Shown: one piece after another, positions 28,782 to 37,789 of the stretch
How the letters are laid out: each line of letters begins with the position of its first letter
Position numbering within the stretch: the first letter of the stretch is position 1
Assembly (NCBI GenBank): GCA_903878275.1
Contig: CAIRHC010000006.1
Location: 79,633-143,632, forward strand
DNA from: Candidatus Vogelbacteria bacterium
Lineage (GTDB): Bacteria > Patescibacteriota > Minisyncoccia > Phycocordibacterales > XYD1-FULL-46-19
Reading direction: 5' to 3'
Length of the DNA stretch: 64,000 nucleotides
Notes under the pieces: generated by a model
Seen by the model: the letters and a program-made list of their open reading frames with translations, nothing else
What the model was told of the DNA's origin: nothing
Database searches by the model: none
Program-made: the position numbers and the translations under genes

Positions 28782-29153
28782 TCACCCAACTTTTTGTTTT
28801 ATATGATCAACTATTTCCGAAACTGGTATATTGGATTTGATAAAAAAATCTACAGCTCCAAGCTCGCGGGCTCGTTTCTCATCTTCAACTTGGCTTAAAT
28901 TTGTCAAAACAATCACCGGTGTTTTTATTTTTCTTTCTTTCAATCGCTCTAAAAAAGCAAAACCGTCCATCTTGGGCATCACCAGATCGCACAAGATAAA
29001 CGCGAAACTTTCTTTTTCTAACAACAAAAGCCCTTCTTCGCCATTTGGTACACTCGTCGCCTCAAAACCAGCATGGTTGAGCTTTAGCTCAAGAGCTCGG
29101 GCAAGCGGTTTCTCGTCCTCCAAAATCAAAATTTTCTTTGTCGTTGCTGGCAT
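28782..29153 (-). CDS. Single-domain response regulator (REC) heading the pil operon
   Basis: ILILEDE, ILCDLVMPKMDG, VLTN, FFIK. Confidence 0.9.
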   Translation of the reverse strand: MPATTKKILILEDEKPLARALELKLNHAGFEATSVPNGEEGLLLLEKESFAFILCDLVMPKMDGFAFLERLKERKIKTPVIVLTNLSQVEDEKRARELGAVDFFIKSNIPVSEIVDHIKQKVG

Positions 29154-29277
29154 ATTTTAGATACGTCTATTGTACCACAAGTTAAAAAATAGGTGCAATT
29201 TAATTATTCACAGAGAGACGAACATCTTCACAAAACGCAAAATAGCGCAAAGCAATTTGCTCTATTTTGTCGATTTG

Positions 29278-29349
29278 TGACTCTACAGGGAATCGAACCC
29301 TGATTACCGCCTTGAGAAGGCGACGTCCTAACCGTTAGACGATAGAGCC
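29278..29349 (-). tRNA. tRNA-Glu (anticodon CTC), CCA not encoded
   Basis: Acceptor GGCTCTA/TAGAGTC, anticodon arm TCGCC-TTCTCAA-GGCGG, T-arm CAGGG-TTCGATT-CCCTG. Confidence 0.95.
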
Positions 29350-29397
29350 CTAATTAAATATTAAAATATATTAGCATTTTTTGAAAAAACCTGGTAC

Positions 29398-29426
29398 TTG
29401 ACATATTCAAATGTTTGTTATATTAT
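29398..29426 (+). promoter_or_regulatory. Sigma70-type promoter
   Basis: TTGACA-17 nt-TATTAT. Confidence 0.7.
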
Positions 29427-29567
29427 ACCGAACAGAGTTCGAAACCGCCATCAGAGTGTGGGAGTAGAGCATTTGTCAAAAGCTGGCTCGAGGTCACGCC
29501 TCGATTGTCTGGTCATGCCAGAGTCAAGTCAGCCATCGCACCTCACGGGTGCAGAATGGAGTTTGTT

Positions 29568-30167
29568 ATGAATAAGAATAAGTTAGGAGTTTGTTTTATG
29601 TTCGTTTCGGCAGTCTCATTTGGGGTATTCTTATGGAATGCCGACACAGCAGACCTCTACAAAACGGCAATGGTCATCGGAATGATGACGGTGGCGATGG
29701 TTTGCCTAAAAGCCGATTTGTGGATCAAAAAACAAAAAGAAAACAAGCGCCTAGAGGCAAGGGTGAGGCGTGAGGAAATGCTACGAACATTACCACAACT
29801 CACCATTGGCGTTTTTCTTCAAATCGTTGAGATTGATTTGGGTTGGGTGAAAGATCAAGAAATCTTTTTACCCGATGAAGATTTTGCCGATATGGAATTG
29901 ATTGGCCACACGTTCTGTTCAATCCTTGATCACTGCAATTTGGATCCAAGGAAGCTATCAGAATGCCTTGTCGAGAAGTATGACGAGAGGACGACAGAAG
30001 ATTTCCTTATTGGAATGACATCGGGCTCAAAAAACCCGGAAATAATGTTATCGATAGAGGAGATAAGAAAAACCTGTGCTAGCATAATAGCGGAAAAGCA
30101 CCGGTTGTCAGTAATCTCTGCCGGCTTAAAAGCCGCCGGGGTTAAAAAACCCCAAACACTAATTTAG
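29568..30167 (+). CDS. Orphan membrane protein (2 N-terminal TMs)
   Basis: GGAG SD ahead of MNKNKLGV; the longer ORF from 29415 overlaps the promoter and structured leader. Confidence 0.6.
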   Translation: MNKNKLGVCFMFVSAVSFGVFLWNADTADLYKTAMVIGMMTVAMVCLKADLWIKKQKENKRLEARVRREEMLRTLPQLTIGVFLQIVEIDLGWVKDQEIFLPDEDFADMELIGHTFCSILDHCNLDPRKLSECLVEKYDERTTEDFLIGMTSGSKNPEIMLSIEEIRKTCASIIAEKHRLSVISAGLKAAGVKKPQTLI

Positions 30168-30180
30168 TTTTAGACAGAAC

Positions 30181-30211
30181 AGGGCGTCGCGATGACACAT
30201 CGCGACGCCCT
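30181..30211. terminator. Bidirectional terminator
   Basis: AGGGCGTCGCGATG-ACA-CATCGCGACGCCCT perfect 14-bp stem. Confidence 0.8.
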
Positions 30212-30224
30212 TTAATTTTAAAAT

Positions 30225-31535
30225 TTATTTTTTGGACCACTCTTTTTCTTGTCTGACCAGAAGTTTTTCGCGATTTTCTGGCTGTGCCATTATTTCCAAA
30301 ACCACTTTTTCCATTCGCATTGATTGGGAACCTTTGACAAAAATTAAATCGCCCGCTTTTATTTTATTTTGCAAATAAGCACCGGCTTGTACCGAATCAT
30401 CAAAATGTTTCATTTTGTTTTCCGAAAAATTTTTTTCGCGCAAGACCTCATCGGTAAATTTTGTCCGCAGGCCAACAGTGATGACTTCGTCGCAAATCTT
30501 GGCACATAATTCACCGACTTTTTTGTGCGCTTCGACGGTATGTTTACCAAGCTCCAGCATATCACCCAAAACCGCCCATTTCTTTCCTTTGGTTTCTAAT
30601 TTTTCTAATGACAACAGACCAGCTTCCATCGCCGCCGGTGAGGCATTGTAAGTATCATCAAGAATTATCGTATCCTTAATTCCGGCTAAAATACGCAAGC
30701 GCCCCGCTGGCGGTTCGTAGCTAGAAATCGAATCAACCAGCGAAATCATATTGATGCCGAGAGAATTTCCCACCGCAATCGCCGCCAAGATCGGATAGAT
30801 CTGGTGATTGCCGATGACTCCATTTACTTTGACCGGCAAATTTTTACCATTGTGGTCAACTTTAAAAGTAAAACCTTTGGGCACTTTTGACTCAAGCTCA
30901 TCGGTATAAAAAATATGTTCTTGCGAGGCAATAAAATCACTTTTTGCATCAAAGCCATAAGTAATCACATTCGCTTTTAACTCCGACAAAAACCCACGAG
31001 AATTTGGATCGTCATAATTTATCACCACCGTCCCCTTGTCGGAAACCGAGCGGATCAAAGACATTTTTTCTTCAATCACTTCATCTTTCGATTTGAAAAA
31101 TTCAATATGCACCGGCACATCAGGTAAATAAGTCAGCACGGCAATATCAAACTTGACCCATTCAGTGACACTTTTTATATCATTCGGCTTATCGGCGCCA
31201 ATTTCCAAAACCAGCCACTCTGGATATTTATGCTTAAAAATAATCAACTTCAGACCGTAAAAAATAATTTCGAGCCAACCAAAAATATCATTCCACGCCG
31301 AACCGCAACCCAAAATCGTCAACGGTAAACCAAATTCACTGTTATAACTTTTTTCACTCTTGACGGTAAAAAAGTGCGGGCTCAAAACTTGATGAATCGC
31401 ATCTTTGGTCGATGTCTTGCCGACGCTACCGGTCACACCAATAATCTTCGGTTGGTATTTTTTTAGTACCAGTTTCGCCTCAAATTTTAGAATATAAATA
31501 ATTATTGACTTAAATATTTGTTTTATTGTAGACAT
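30225..31535 (-). CDS. murF: UDP-MurNAc-tripeptide--D-Ala-D-Ala ligase
   Basis: GVTGSVGKTSTK, DDTYNASP, LGDMLELG, VKGSQSM. Confidence 0.9.
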   Translation of the reverse strand: MSTIKQIFKSIIIYILKFEAKLVLKKYQPKIIGVTGSVGKTSTKDAIHQVLSPHFFTVKSEKSYNSEFGLPLTILGCGSAWNDIFGWLEIIFYGLKLIIFKHKYPEWLVLEIGADKPNDIKSVTEWVKFDIAVLTYLPDVPVHIEFFKSKDEVIEEKMSLIRSVSDKGTVVINYDDPNSRGFLSELKANVITYGFDAKSDFIASQEHIFYTDELESKVPKGFTFKVDHNGKNLPVKVNGVIGNHQIYPILAAIAVGNSLGINMISLVDSISSYEPPAGRLRILAGIKDTIILDDTYNASPAAMEAGLLSLEKLETKGKKWAVLGDMLELGKHTVEAHKKVGELCAKICDEVITVGLRTKFTDEVLREKNFSENKMKHFDDSVQAGAYLQNKIKAGDLIFVKGSQSMRMEKVVLEIMAQPENREKLLVRQEKEWSKK

Positions 31536-31652
31536 GATTTAAAATTTAAACAACAAAATGTAGGGCCACAATGCAAAATCTTAAAATTTAGGAAAATTAT
31601 TTTTTAATTTTTTATCTGTCATTTTACATTTTGATTTTTGCATTTTGCATTA

Positions 31653-33362
31653 TTACCGATCCGGTGGTACTTGATAATAATTGATTAAAAACTTGGTGGT
31701 ATCCATAAACGGCTCGGTCAAGGTCTCCGAAGCATATTTCACATTCTTAGGATACAACATATACATAAAAATTAAAAATCTGGGGTTGTAAGATGGAAAA
31801 TAACCGAAAAATGAGTGTAGGTAGCGATCTTCATAATAACCACCGCCATTGGGATTGGACATTTGTGCCGTACCAGTCTTGGCGGCAACTGAATAATGTT
31901 CAAGCTTGGCTTTACCGCCGGCTAATTTTGTATCGACAACTGTCGTGAGCATTTTGCTTATTTTGGCACTAGTTTCTTTGGTCAGAACTTGGCGAATTAT
32001 TTTTGGCTTAACATCACGAGAAATTTTATTTAGATATTCAATTTTTTTAACAATATGTGGCTCAATTAAATTGCCACCATTTCCAAGTGTACACAAAGCT
32101 CGAGTCATTTCGATTGGCGAAAGAGCAATACCTTGCCCAAAAGACGCGGTCGCCGACTCTACTTCACGCGAGCTATTCAAAAAATTTCGTAAATCACCAG
32201 ACACTTCACCAGGCAAATCAATACCCGTCTTTTCGTTCAAACCATACGCCAACATATATTTCTTGAATTTTTCTTTACCAATTTTTTGTTCGACAAAAGT
32301 CGCACCGAGGTTTAAAGATTGATTCAAAACCTCTTGAACCGGAACGACTCCACGAGCTTTCAAGTCATAATTACAAATCTTTTTCGTATTTAAGGTGATA
32401 CAACCAGTATCGTTATAAGTGGTTTTTTCGGTTATTGCCCCAGAATCAAGACCCGCCGCCACGGTAAGTGGTTTAACAATCGAACCCATTTCATAGGTAC
32501 TTTGCACCATCGGATTGATTAGAGCCGAAATATCTTTTTGTTTTTCGCCCGGATCAAAATCTGGTAAATAGGCCATTGAAAAAATCTCACCGGTTTTTGG
32601 ATCAATGATTACCCCACCCACACCATCCGCTTGCCACTTTTCTTTTACCTGACTAAGTTGTTTTTCAAAAAACTTTTGCACCGACGGTTCGATAGTTGTG
32701 GTAATATTTGCTTCCGCATTATCCTGCTTATCAACCAGCACCTTACTCAACCCAGAAAAAATTTCAACGAAAAAATTTGCAAAAGACATTTCTTCTTTTC
32801 GCGACAACATTTCGTTATAATATTTTTCCAAACCATAGCGCCCTTCATAATCATTACCCTTATACCCCATTATTCCGACCACGTGACAAGCGCTCCGTCC
32901 TCCCGGATAAAATCTTAATTTTTGCTCATAAACCAAAACACCTTTAATTTTTAATTTAGTAATTAAATCGGCTTTGTCTTGTTCTACCTTAGTGGCAATT
33001 TCTTCATAAGGATCGTTTAACTTGGTCGCTTTTTTAATAAATTCATCTTTGTCGAGAGGAATTATTGCCACCAAGCTAGTGTAAGCTTTTTCTGGTTCTT
33101 TAAGCATCGCAGGGTTGATCGCTACGATATAGGCGGTTTTCAAAGTCGCCAAAGAAATTTGCTGATTATCTTTGGTCAAAGAAAAAATTTTCCCCCGATC
33201 AAAAATATTGGTGCTAGGTTTTAAATACTGACGATCAGCTTGACCGACATAATAATCGTGTTTGATAATTTGAATAAAAAATAAGCGTGCGACAAAAAAT
33301 ATCACAACCAAAAAAATTATTACCGCCAAAAAACGAATACGAAAAATAGCGCTAGATTTCAT
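31653..33362 (-). CDS. ftsI: Class B penicillin-binding protein (FtsI-like)
   Basis: SxxK GSIVKP, SxN SLN, KTGTAQ; located in the mraZ-rsmH cluster. Confidence 0.85.
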   Translation of the reverse strand: MKSSAIFRIRFLAVIIFLVVIFFVARLFFIQIIKHDYYVGQADRQYLKPSTNIFDRGKIFSLTKDNQQISLATLKTAYIVAINPAMLKEPEKAYTSLVAIIPLDKDEFIKKATKLNDPYEEIATKVEQDKADLITKLKIKGVLVYEQKLRFYPGGRSACHVVGIMGYKGNDYEGRYGLEKYYNEMLSRKEEMSFANFFVEIFSGLSKVLVDKQDNAEANITTTIEPSVQKFFEKQLSQVKEKWQADGVGGVIIDPKTGEIFSMAYLPDFDPGEKQKDISALINPMVQSTYEMGSIVKPLTVAAGLDSGAITEKTTYNDTGCITLNTKKICNYDLKARGVVPVQEVLNQSLNLGATFVEQKIGKEKFKKYMLAYGLNEKTGIDLPGEVSGDLRNFLNSSREVESATASFGQGIALSPIEMTRALCTLGNGGNLIEPHIVKKIEYLNKISRDVKPKIIRQVLTKETSAKISKMLTTVVDTKLAGGKAKLEHYSVAAKTGTAQMSNPNGGGYYEDRYLHSFFGYFPSYNPRFLIFMYMLYPKNVKYASETLTEPFMDTTKFLINYYQVPPDR

Positions 33363-33681
33363 TTTTTACAGCAACTAAGCCGGTCGCCGATTGGTCTAAT
33401 ACGGCATAAGTTGTACTTTTTGAGGCATCAACAAATCCAAGCTTGATCGCGTAATCCATATTTACTTCACCCAATTTATCAAGATATGAAGATTCCAAAA
33501 AAGAGACTTCGGCTTCCATTTCACTCATTTTGTTCTCGTTGTTTTTTCTCAAAGCAATATTTGAAACCGAGTCGTTAATTAAATAAACATAGAGACCAGA
33601 CGAAAACACAATCGCCACCACTAAAAACCAGAAAATTCCGGTTGGTAGTTTTTTAATTAATGTGTTTTTGTTGTTCATCAT
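33352..33681 (-). CDS. FtsL-like bitopic membrane protein
   Basis: TM plus coiled coil, AIKLGF motif, position between rsmH and ftsI. Confidence 0.6.
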   Translation of the reverse strand: MMNNKNTLIKKLPTGIFWFLVVAIVFSSGLYVYLINDSVSNIALRKNNENKMSEMEAEVSFLESSYLDKLGEVNMDYAIKLGFVDASKSTTYAVLDQSATGLVAVKNEI

Positions 33682-33698
33682 TTTTAAAAATATTAGCT

Positions 33699-34592
33699 TT
33701 ATGATATTTTTTTGAAAACCCGCAATTGAGCACTTCGCGACCGAGGATTATTTTTTATTTCCTCCAGATCAGGTTTGATAACTTTTTTGTTTAACTTTTC
33801 CGCTTCACCGATTTTTTCTTTGTCTTTAATAAAATCTTTAACAATTCGCGCCTCCAAACTATGAAATGAAATAACGCCGATTCGCCCACCTACCGCCAGC
33901 TTATTCCACGCCCCAGCGAGACCAGCTTTTATTGCTCCCAATTCGTCGTTGACTGTAATCCGTAAAGCCTGAAAAGTTTTGGTGGCAAAGTGAGTTTTTC
34001 TTTTCTGTTCGGAAATCGGTATCACACTTTTAATTATTTCCACCAAATCCGCCGTGGTCTTTATTTTCTGTTTCAGTCTGGCTTCGGCTATTGCTTGGGC
34101 AATTTTTCGCGCTCGCCTTTCTTCGCCGTAACCGTAAATAATGTCTGCCAAATTTTTTTCTTCCCAAGTATTGACAATCTCTTCGGCGGTTAAAGTCTCC
34201 GGTGTAATTTGATCGGACAAGGTCATCAGCAGTGGTTCATCTTTTTGAAAAGAAAACCCGCGACCAGACTCGTCCATTTGCTCTGAATTAAATCCAAAAT
34301 CAAACAAGGCAACATTTATCTGATCAATTTTTTCGTCAGTCAAGATTTGTTCAACATTTCGGAAATTTCCTAATTTCAAAATCTTTTTCGCCGGGCATTC
34401 AGCCAAATTAATTTTAGCTTTCGCTAACGCCCCACTATCTTGATCAATGCCGATAAGCAAACCAGTTTCGCCCAACTTGGCACAAATTTCTTTTGAGTGT
34501 CCGCCAAGACCAAGCGTCGCATCAAGAACCGTATCCCCTTTTTGGATATCCAAACCCTCAATTGTCGGTTGTAAAAGAACAGGAATGTGCAT
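33699..34592 (-). CDS. rsmH: 16S rRNA m4C1402 methyltransferase
   Basis: HIPVLL, DATLGLGGHS, FQALRITVNDE, NPRSRSAQLR. Confidence 0.95.
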   Translation of the reverse strand: MHIPVLLQPTIEGLDIQKGDTVLDATLGLGGHSKEICAKLGETGLLIGIDQDSGALAKAKINLAECPAKKILKLGNFRNVEQILTDEKIDQINVALFDFGFNSEQMDESGRGFSFQKDEPLLMTLSDQITPETLTAEEIVNTWEEKNLADIIYGYGEERRARKIAQAIAEARLKQKIKTTADLVEIIKSVIPISEQKRKTHFATKTFQALRITVNDELGAIKAGLAGAWNKLAVGGRIGVISFHSLEARIVKDFIKDKEKIGEAEKLNKKVIKPDLEEIKNNPRSRSAQLRVFKKIS

Positions 34593-34593
34593 C

Positions 34594-35025
34594 TTAAAAT
34601 GCTCCGATGGCGGACAACTGCTCGGCCAAAACGTCAGCTTGCTTTTCTACCTTATCGATATGTTCCTTCCAGCATTTCTCATCCCAGATTTCCATTCGGC
34701 TATTCAAGCCCACGATCACCACTCGACTTTTCAGATTGGCATAATCTTTCAGCTGATCAGCAATTAAAATTCTTCCCATCGCATCAATCTCCACTTCATA
34801 GGCACTACCAAAGAAAAAACGTCCGAAATCTCTTGAACTAGACTGTGTCATCGGCAAATCCATTTGTTCGGAAATTTTCTTCCAACCCTCAAGAGTGTAA
34901 GCAATCAAACAATTATCCAAGCCTTTGGTAACAACAATTTTTTTGCCAACTTCTTTACGAAAACTCGCCGGCATTGAAATGCGTTTCTTGTCATCTATGA
35001 CATGTCTAAATTCACCAATAAGCAT
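34594..35025 (-). CDS. mraZ: Division/cell wall transcriptional regulator MraZ
   Basis: IDDKKRISMP and IDAMGRILI repeats, EIWD. Confidence 0.93.
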   Translation of the reverse strand: MLIGEFRHVIDDKKRISMPASFRKEVGKKIVVTKGLDNCLIAYTLEGWKKISEQMDLPMTQSSSRDFGRFFFGSAYEVEIDAMGRILIADQLKDYANLKSRVVIVGLNSRMEIWDEKCWKEHIDKVEKQADVLAEQLSAIGAF

Positions 35026-35060
35026 AATGATTGTTTAATTGAAGGAAATAAGTGGCACCA

Positions 35061-35096
35061 CCCACTTCATCCCACAACATAGACATTTTACCCCAC
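35061..35096 (-). promoter_or_regulatory. MraZ-binding GTGGG boxes
   Basis: CCCAC at 35061, 35071 and 35092 upstream of mraZ; the first two have 10-nt spacing. Confidence 0.7.
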
Positions 35097-35123
35097 TCTG
35101 TACCATTAAACAACAAGTAAGAC

Positions 35124-35132
35124 TGTGGATAA
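35124..35132 (-). promoter_or_regulatory. Single consensus DnaA box upstream of mraZ
   Basis: TGTGGATAA = reverse complement of TTATCCACA, intergenic. Confidence 0.4.
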
Positions 35133-35243
35133 CCCTTAAAAAATTAAGATTTTTTAAGGAGCAGTGGCCTTTTTATGGCCATAACCGAAAAACACCCCTT
35201 TTGGAGTGTTTTTCAGGTTAATCAGCCTACATATTGCAGTTGT

Positions 35244-35930
35244 TTAAGCTTTTAATCTTTTGACTTTAAGCTCTCGCAAAGCATCACCAGCGACCCATCT
35301 CGCTGACCTAGAATCCATTTTGGCAATTTCTTCGCCGAGTTTTATCGCTTCTTTTTGCAGGTTTTTATTTCGCTTACCAATCTGGCGCAATGCCCAATTG
35401 ACCGCTTTTCTCACATAATTTCTTTCATCTATCGCTTCGCGTTTTATTATAGGGAAAAAAGCCACGAAATCTTTATCTGCCATCGCTTTATTGTGTACCG
35501 CCAGTCCTGCCATCAAAGTAAAAGCCGAGCGTTTTACATATTCTCTTTTATCTTTCGCCCATTTGGGAATTTTCGCAAAAACAATTTCGGTGCGATCGAA
35601 TAAATTATTACAGACCATATCGCAAACATCCCAAGAATCAAATCCGCCCACCCATTCTTCCATTTGTTTACTCGTAACCAATTTGGGGTCATCCAAAAAA
35701 CCAGCTAGCAATCTCGCTTCATGAATTTCACTTTCCCATAATTCTTGTGCGACCTTATGCCGATCTTTCGCCAAAAAATCTTTTTTGAAAACTTTTGCCA
35801 TTTTTCGTAAAGTCGGAATATTCGGTCCGCCTAAAACATTTTTACCAGTAATGCCAAACCGTGCCATCCCTGCGATATTTTTCACATTTTTATATTTCTT
35901 CAATTCAGCGATTATCTTTTTTGTTTCCAT
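35244..35930 (-). CDS. DNA alkylation repair protein (AlkD-like HEAT repeat)
   Basis: LWESEIHEARLLA, FDSWDVCD, DERNYVRKAVNWALRQIGK. Confidence 0.88.
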   Translation of the reverse strand: METKKIIAELKKYKNVKNIAGMARFGITGKNVLGGPNIPTLRKMAKVFKKDFLAKDRHKVAQELWESEIHEARLLAGFLDDPKLVTSKQMEEWVGGFDSWDVCDMVCNNLFDRTEIVFAKIPKWAKDKREYVKRSAFTLMAGLAVHNKAMADKDFVAFFPIIKREAIDERNYVRKAVNWALRQIGKRNKNLQKEAIKLGEEIAKMDSRSARWVAGDALRELKVKRLKA

Positions 35931-35945
35931 TTTATTTTACATCTT

Positions 35946-35987
35946 ATCAAGGACTCCCCTTGATATTTTAAGCAAGGTGCGACCTTG
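35946..35987. repeat. Two tandem CAAGG-N5-CCTTG palindromes
   Basis: ATCAAGGACTCCCCTTGAT and CAAGGTGCGACCTTG. Confidence 0.8.
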
Positions 35988-35988
35988 A

Positions 35989-37059
35989 CTATTTAAACAC
36001 GGACCAAAGATTTGCTTCACTCTCACCATCAACTCGAAACAACGCCACGCCTTTCAGATTGTATTGTTTAGCCAACGCAACTTTTTGGGCAATCGCCACA
36101 CTATCCGAAAACCAAACAAGTCTAGTCTTGCCATCTTTGACATAAGTAAAAGATAATTCACCGGCATTGTTGCGAGTCGGTGTCGCTCCGACACTTTTCG
36201 CCAAATCCATCGCACCCTTATAACTCAAACTTCGTAATTTTGTATAATCATAAAAAGTTCGCTTGTCAGTAACCTCATATTCATAACCATAATTCGCCAC
36301 ACCTAAAACTATTTTACTGCGACTAATATTAATTCCGGAATAAGTGGCAACTTTTTTTACAAAATCCACATCAGCTACCGGCGCATAATAACCGCCCAAT
36401 CTTTTTGTTTTGTTTAATTTTATATCAATCGTCATTTGGTCGTAAGCCATAATTCGTACTTCATCACAATACTGATTTATCTTTTTGTAATCATTGGCAT
36501 ACTCAATTTCTTCTGGCACAACCAAAAACCGCGAGGTCGGTGGCAACCTTGGCTCAATCGTACAAACAAGAGTCTTTTTTGTCTTTTTTAATTCTTTCGA
36601 TAAATCACGGAGAAAAACACCGAAATTAGTAAAACTTTCAACTTTCTTGTTCTCATAGTCAATATCGATACCAGCAAAATTATTTGTATTTACAATTTTA
36701 CTAATCGCCTTGATGTGAGCGTCACGCGTTGTTTTTTTAGACAAAACCTTCAAAATAGACGCGCCGTCAAACCAAGCAATCGTCGGAATAATTTTTACTT
36801 TATTTATTTTAGCTGTGGCAATAAGACTAACCCATGGCTCGACACCAACCTTCATCGTATCTTTTATTGTGCCATCAGCATTTACCTCGTAAGAAAATGG
36901 ACTGATCGTTTTGAGTTTTTTAATATTCGCTTGTGTCTCTGGTACTGCCACCGTTTTTTTCCAATACGGAATCCACACCGAATATTCGAGATTCTTAGTT
37001 GCCGACCAAGACAAGATTGGTAAAAACAAAACAAACAAAACCAAGATTGTTTTCTTCAT
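35989..37059 (-). CDS. Secreted glycoside hydrolase family 18 protein
   Basis: Signal peptide; FAGIDIDYE catalytic motif; IMAYD. Confidence 0.88.
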   Translation of the reverse strand: MKKTILVLFVLFLPILSWSATKNLEYSVWIPYWKKTVAVPETQANIKKLKTISPFSYEVNADGTIKDTMKVGVEPWVSLIATAKINKVKIIPTIAWFDGASILKVLSKKTTRDAHIKAISKIVNTNNFAGIDIDYENKKVESFTNFGVFLRDLSKELKKTKKTLVCTIEPRLPPTSRFLVVPEEIEYANDYKKINQYCDEVRIMAYDQMTIDIKLNKTKRLGGYYAPVADVDFVKKVATYSGINISRSKIVLGVANYGYEYEVTDKRTFYDYTKLRSLSYKGAMDLAKSVGATPTRNNAGELSFTYVKDGKTRLVWFSDSVAIAQKVALAKQYNLKGVALFRVDGESEANLWSVFK

Positions 37060-37105
37060 AAAACAATCTTAGCAAAAAATCAACAATTTTTCCAACCTAA
37101 AAAAA

Positions 37106-37753
37106 TTACAAAGTAACCGCGCGTTCTTCAATCAACTTTTTGACCGTTTCTTGTAGGTTGAAAGTTTTAGTAATATTTTCTACCAAAAATTCGCCAGTAA
37201 AAACTTTTCTAATTTGATCTTTTAGTTGCTCGGAAGAAATAGTTGATTCGCCATCAGAACCTAAAACCGAGCCAAAATTATCAAGAACTTTGAAAAGCTC
37301 TAAAAAATCTTTCGCCTTTTCAATGGCTTCTTGTTTTTGTTCTAAACCGGAAGCTTCACCCATTTTGGACAAATCTAGTTTGGTCTGAAAATACTCAACC
37401 AAATTAAAACCGCACCAACCGCAAAAATTTCCTTTGCGCGGAGTCGGCTTACCACAGCTAGGGCAAGGTATTTCCGCCGAAGCTTCTTTTTCCACGACTT
37501 CTGGCTTTTCTTCAATTTTGGCTATTACTGGCAAAGGCGCGGGTTCTTCTTTGGGCAAAAGAGTTTCTGTTTCAATTGGTTCGACTTGTTCCTCTTTGGT
37601 TGGCTCCATTTGCTTTTTTTTCAAAGCTTCCAATTTTTCTTTCAACGCCATTTCTCCTTCTTGCAATTGCCTCAACATATCCAATTTCTTCTGTTGAAGT
37701 TGAGATTCTTTTTCGTTGTCATCAACATTTTTTTGTTCATTTTGTTCATCCAT
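37106..37753 (-). CDS. Zinc-ribbon-containing hypothetical protein
   Basis: CPSCG...FCGWCG; charged coiled N-terminus. Confidence 0.7.
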   Translation of the reverse strand: MDEQNEQKNVDDNEKESQLQQKKLDMLRQLQEGEMALKEKLEALKKKQMEPTKEEQVEPIETETLLPKEEPAPLPVIAKIEEKPEVVEKEASAEIPCPSCGKPTPRKGNFCGWCGFNLVEYFQTKLDLSKMGEASGLEQKQEAIEKAKDFLELFKVLDNFGSVLGSDGESTISSEQLKDQIRKVFTGEFLVENITKTFNLQETVKKLIEERAVTL

Positions 37754-37789
37754 AGTTTTGAAAAATATTTACTAATTTTGATAAAAAAT

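Noticed and set aside
29415-29567. N-terminal extension of the 250-aa ORF
   Set aside because: Its start lies within the predicted promoter; an SD and ATG at 29568 (or ATG 29556) fit better.
29278-30211. Integrative element at tRNA-Glu
   Set aside because: No integrase and no duplicated tRNA 3' end found; the orphan gene lies on the tRNA 5' side.
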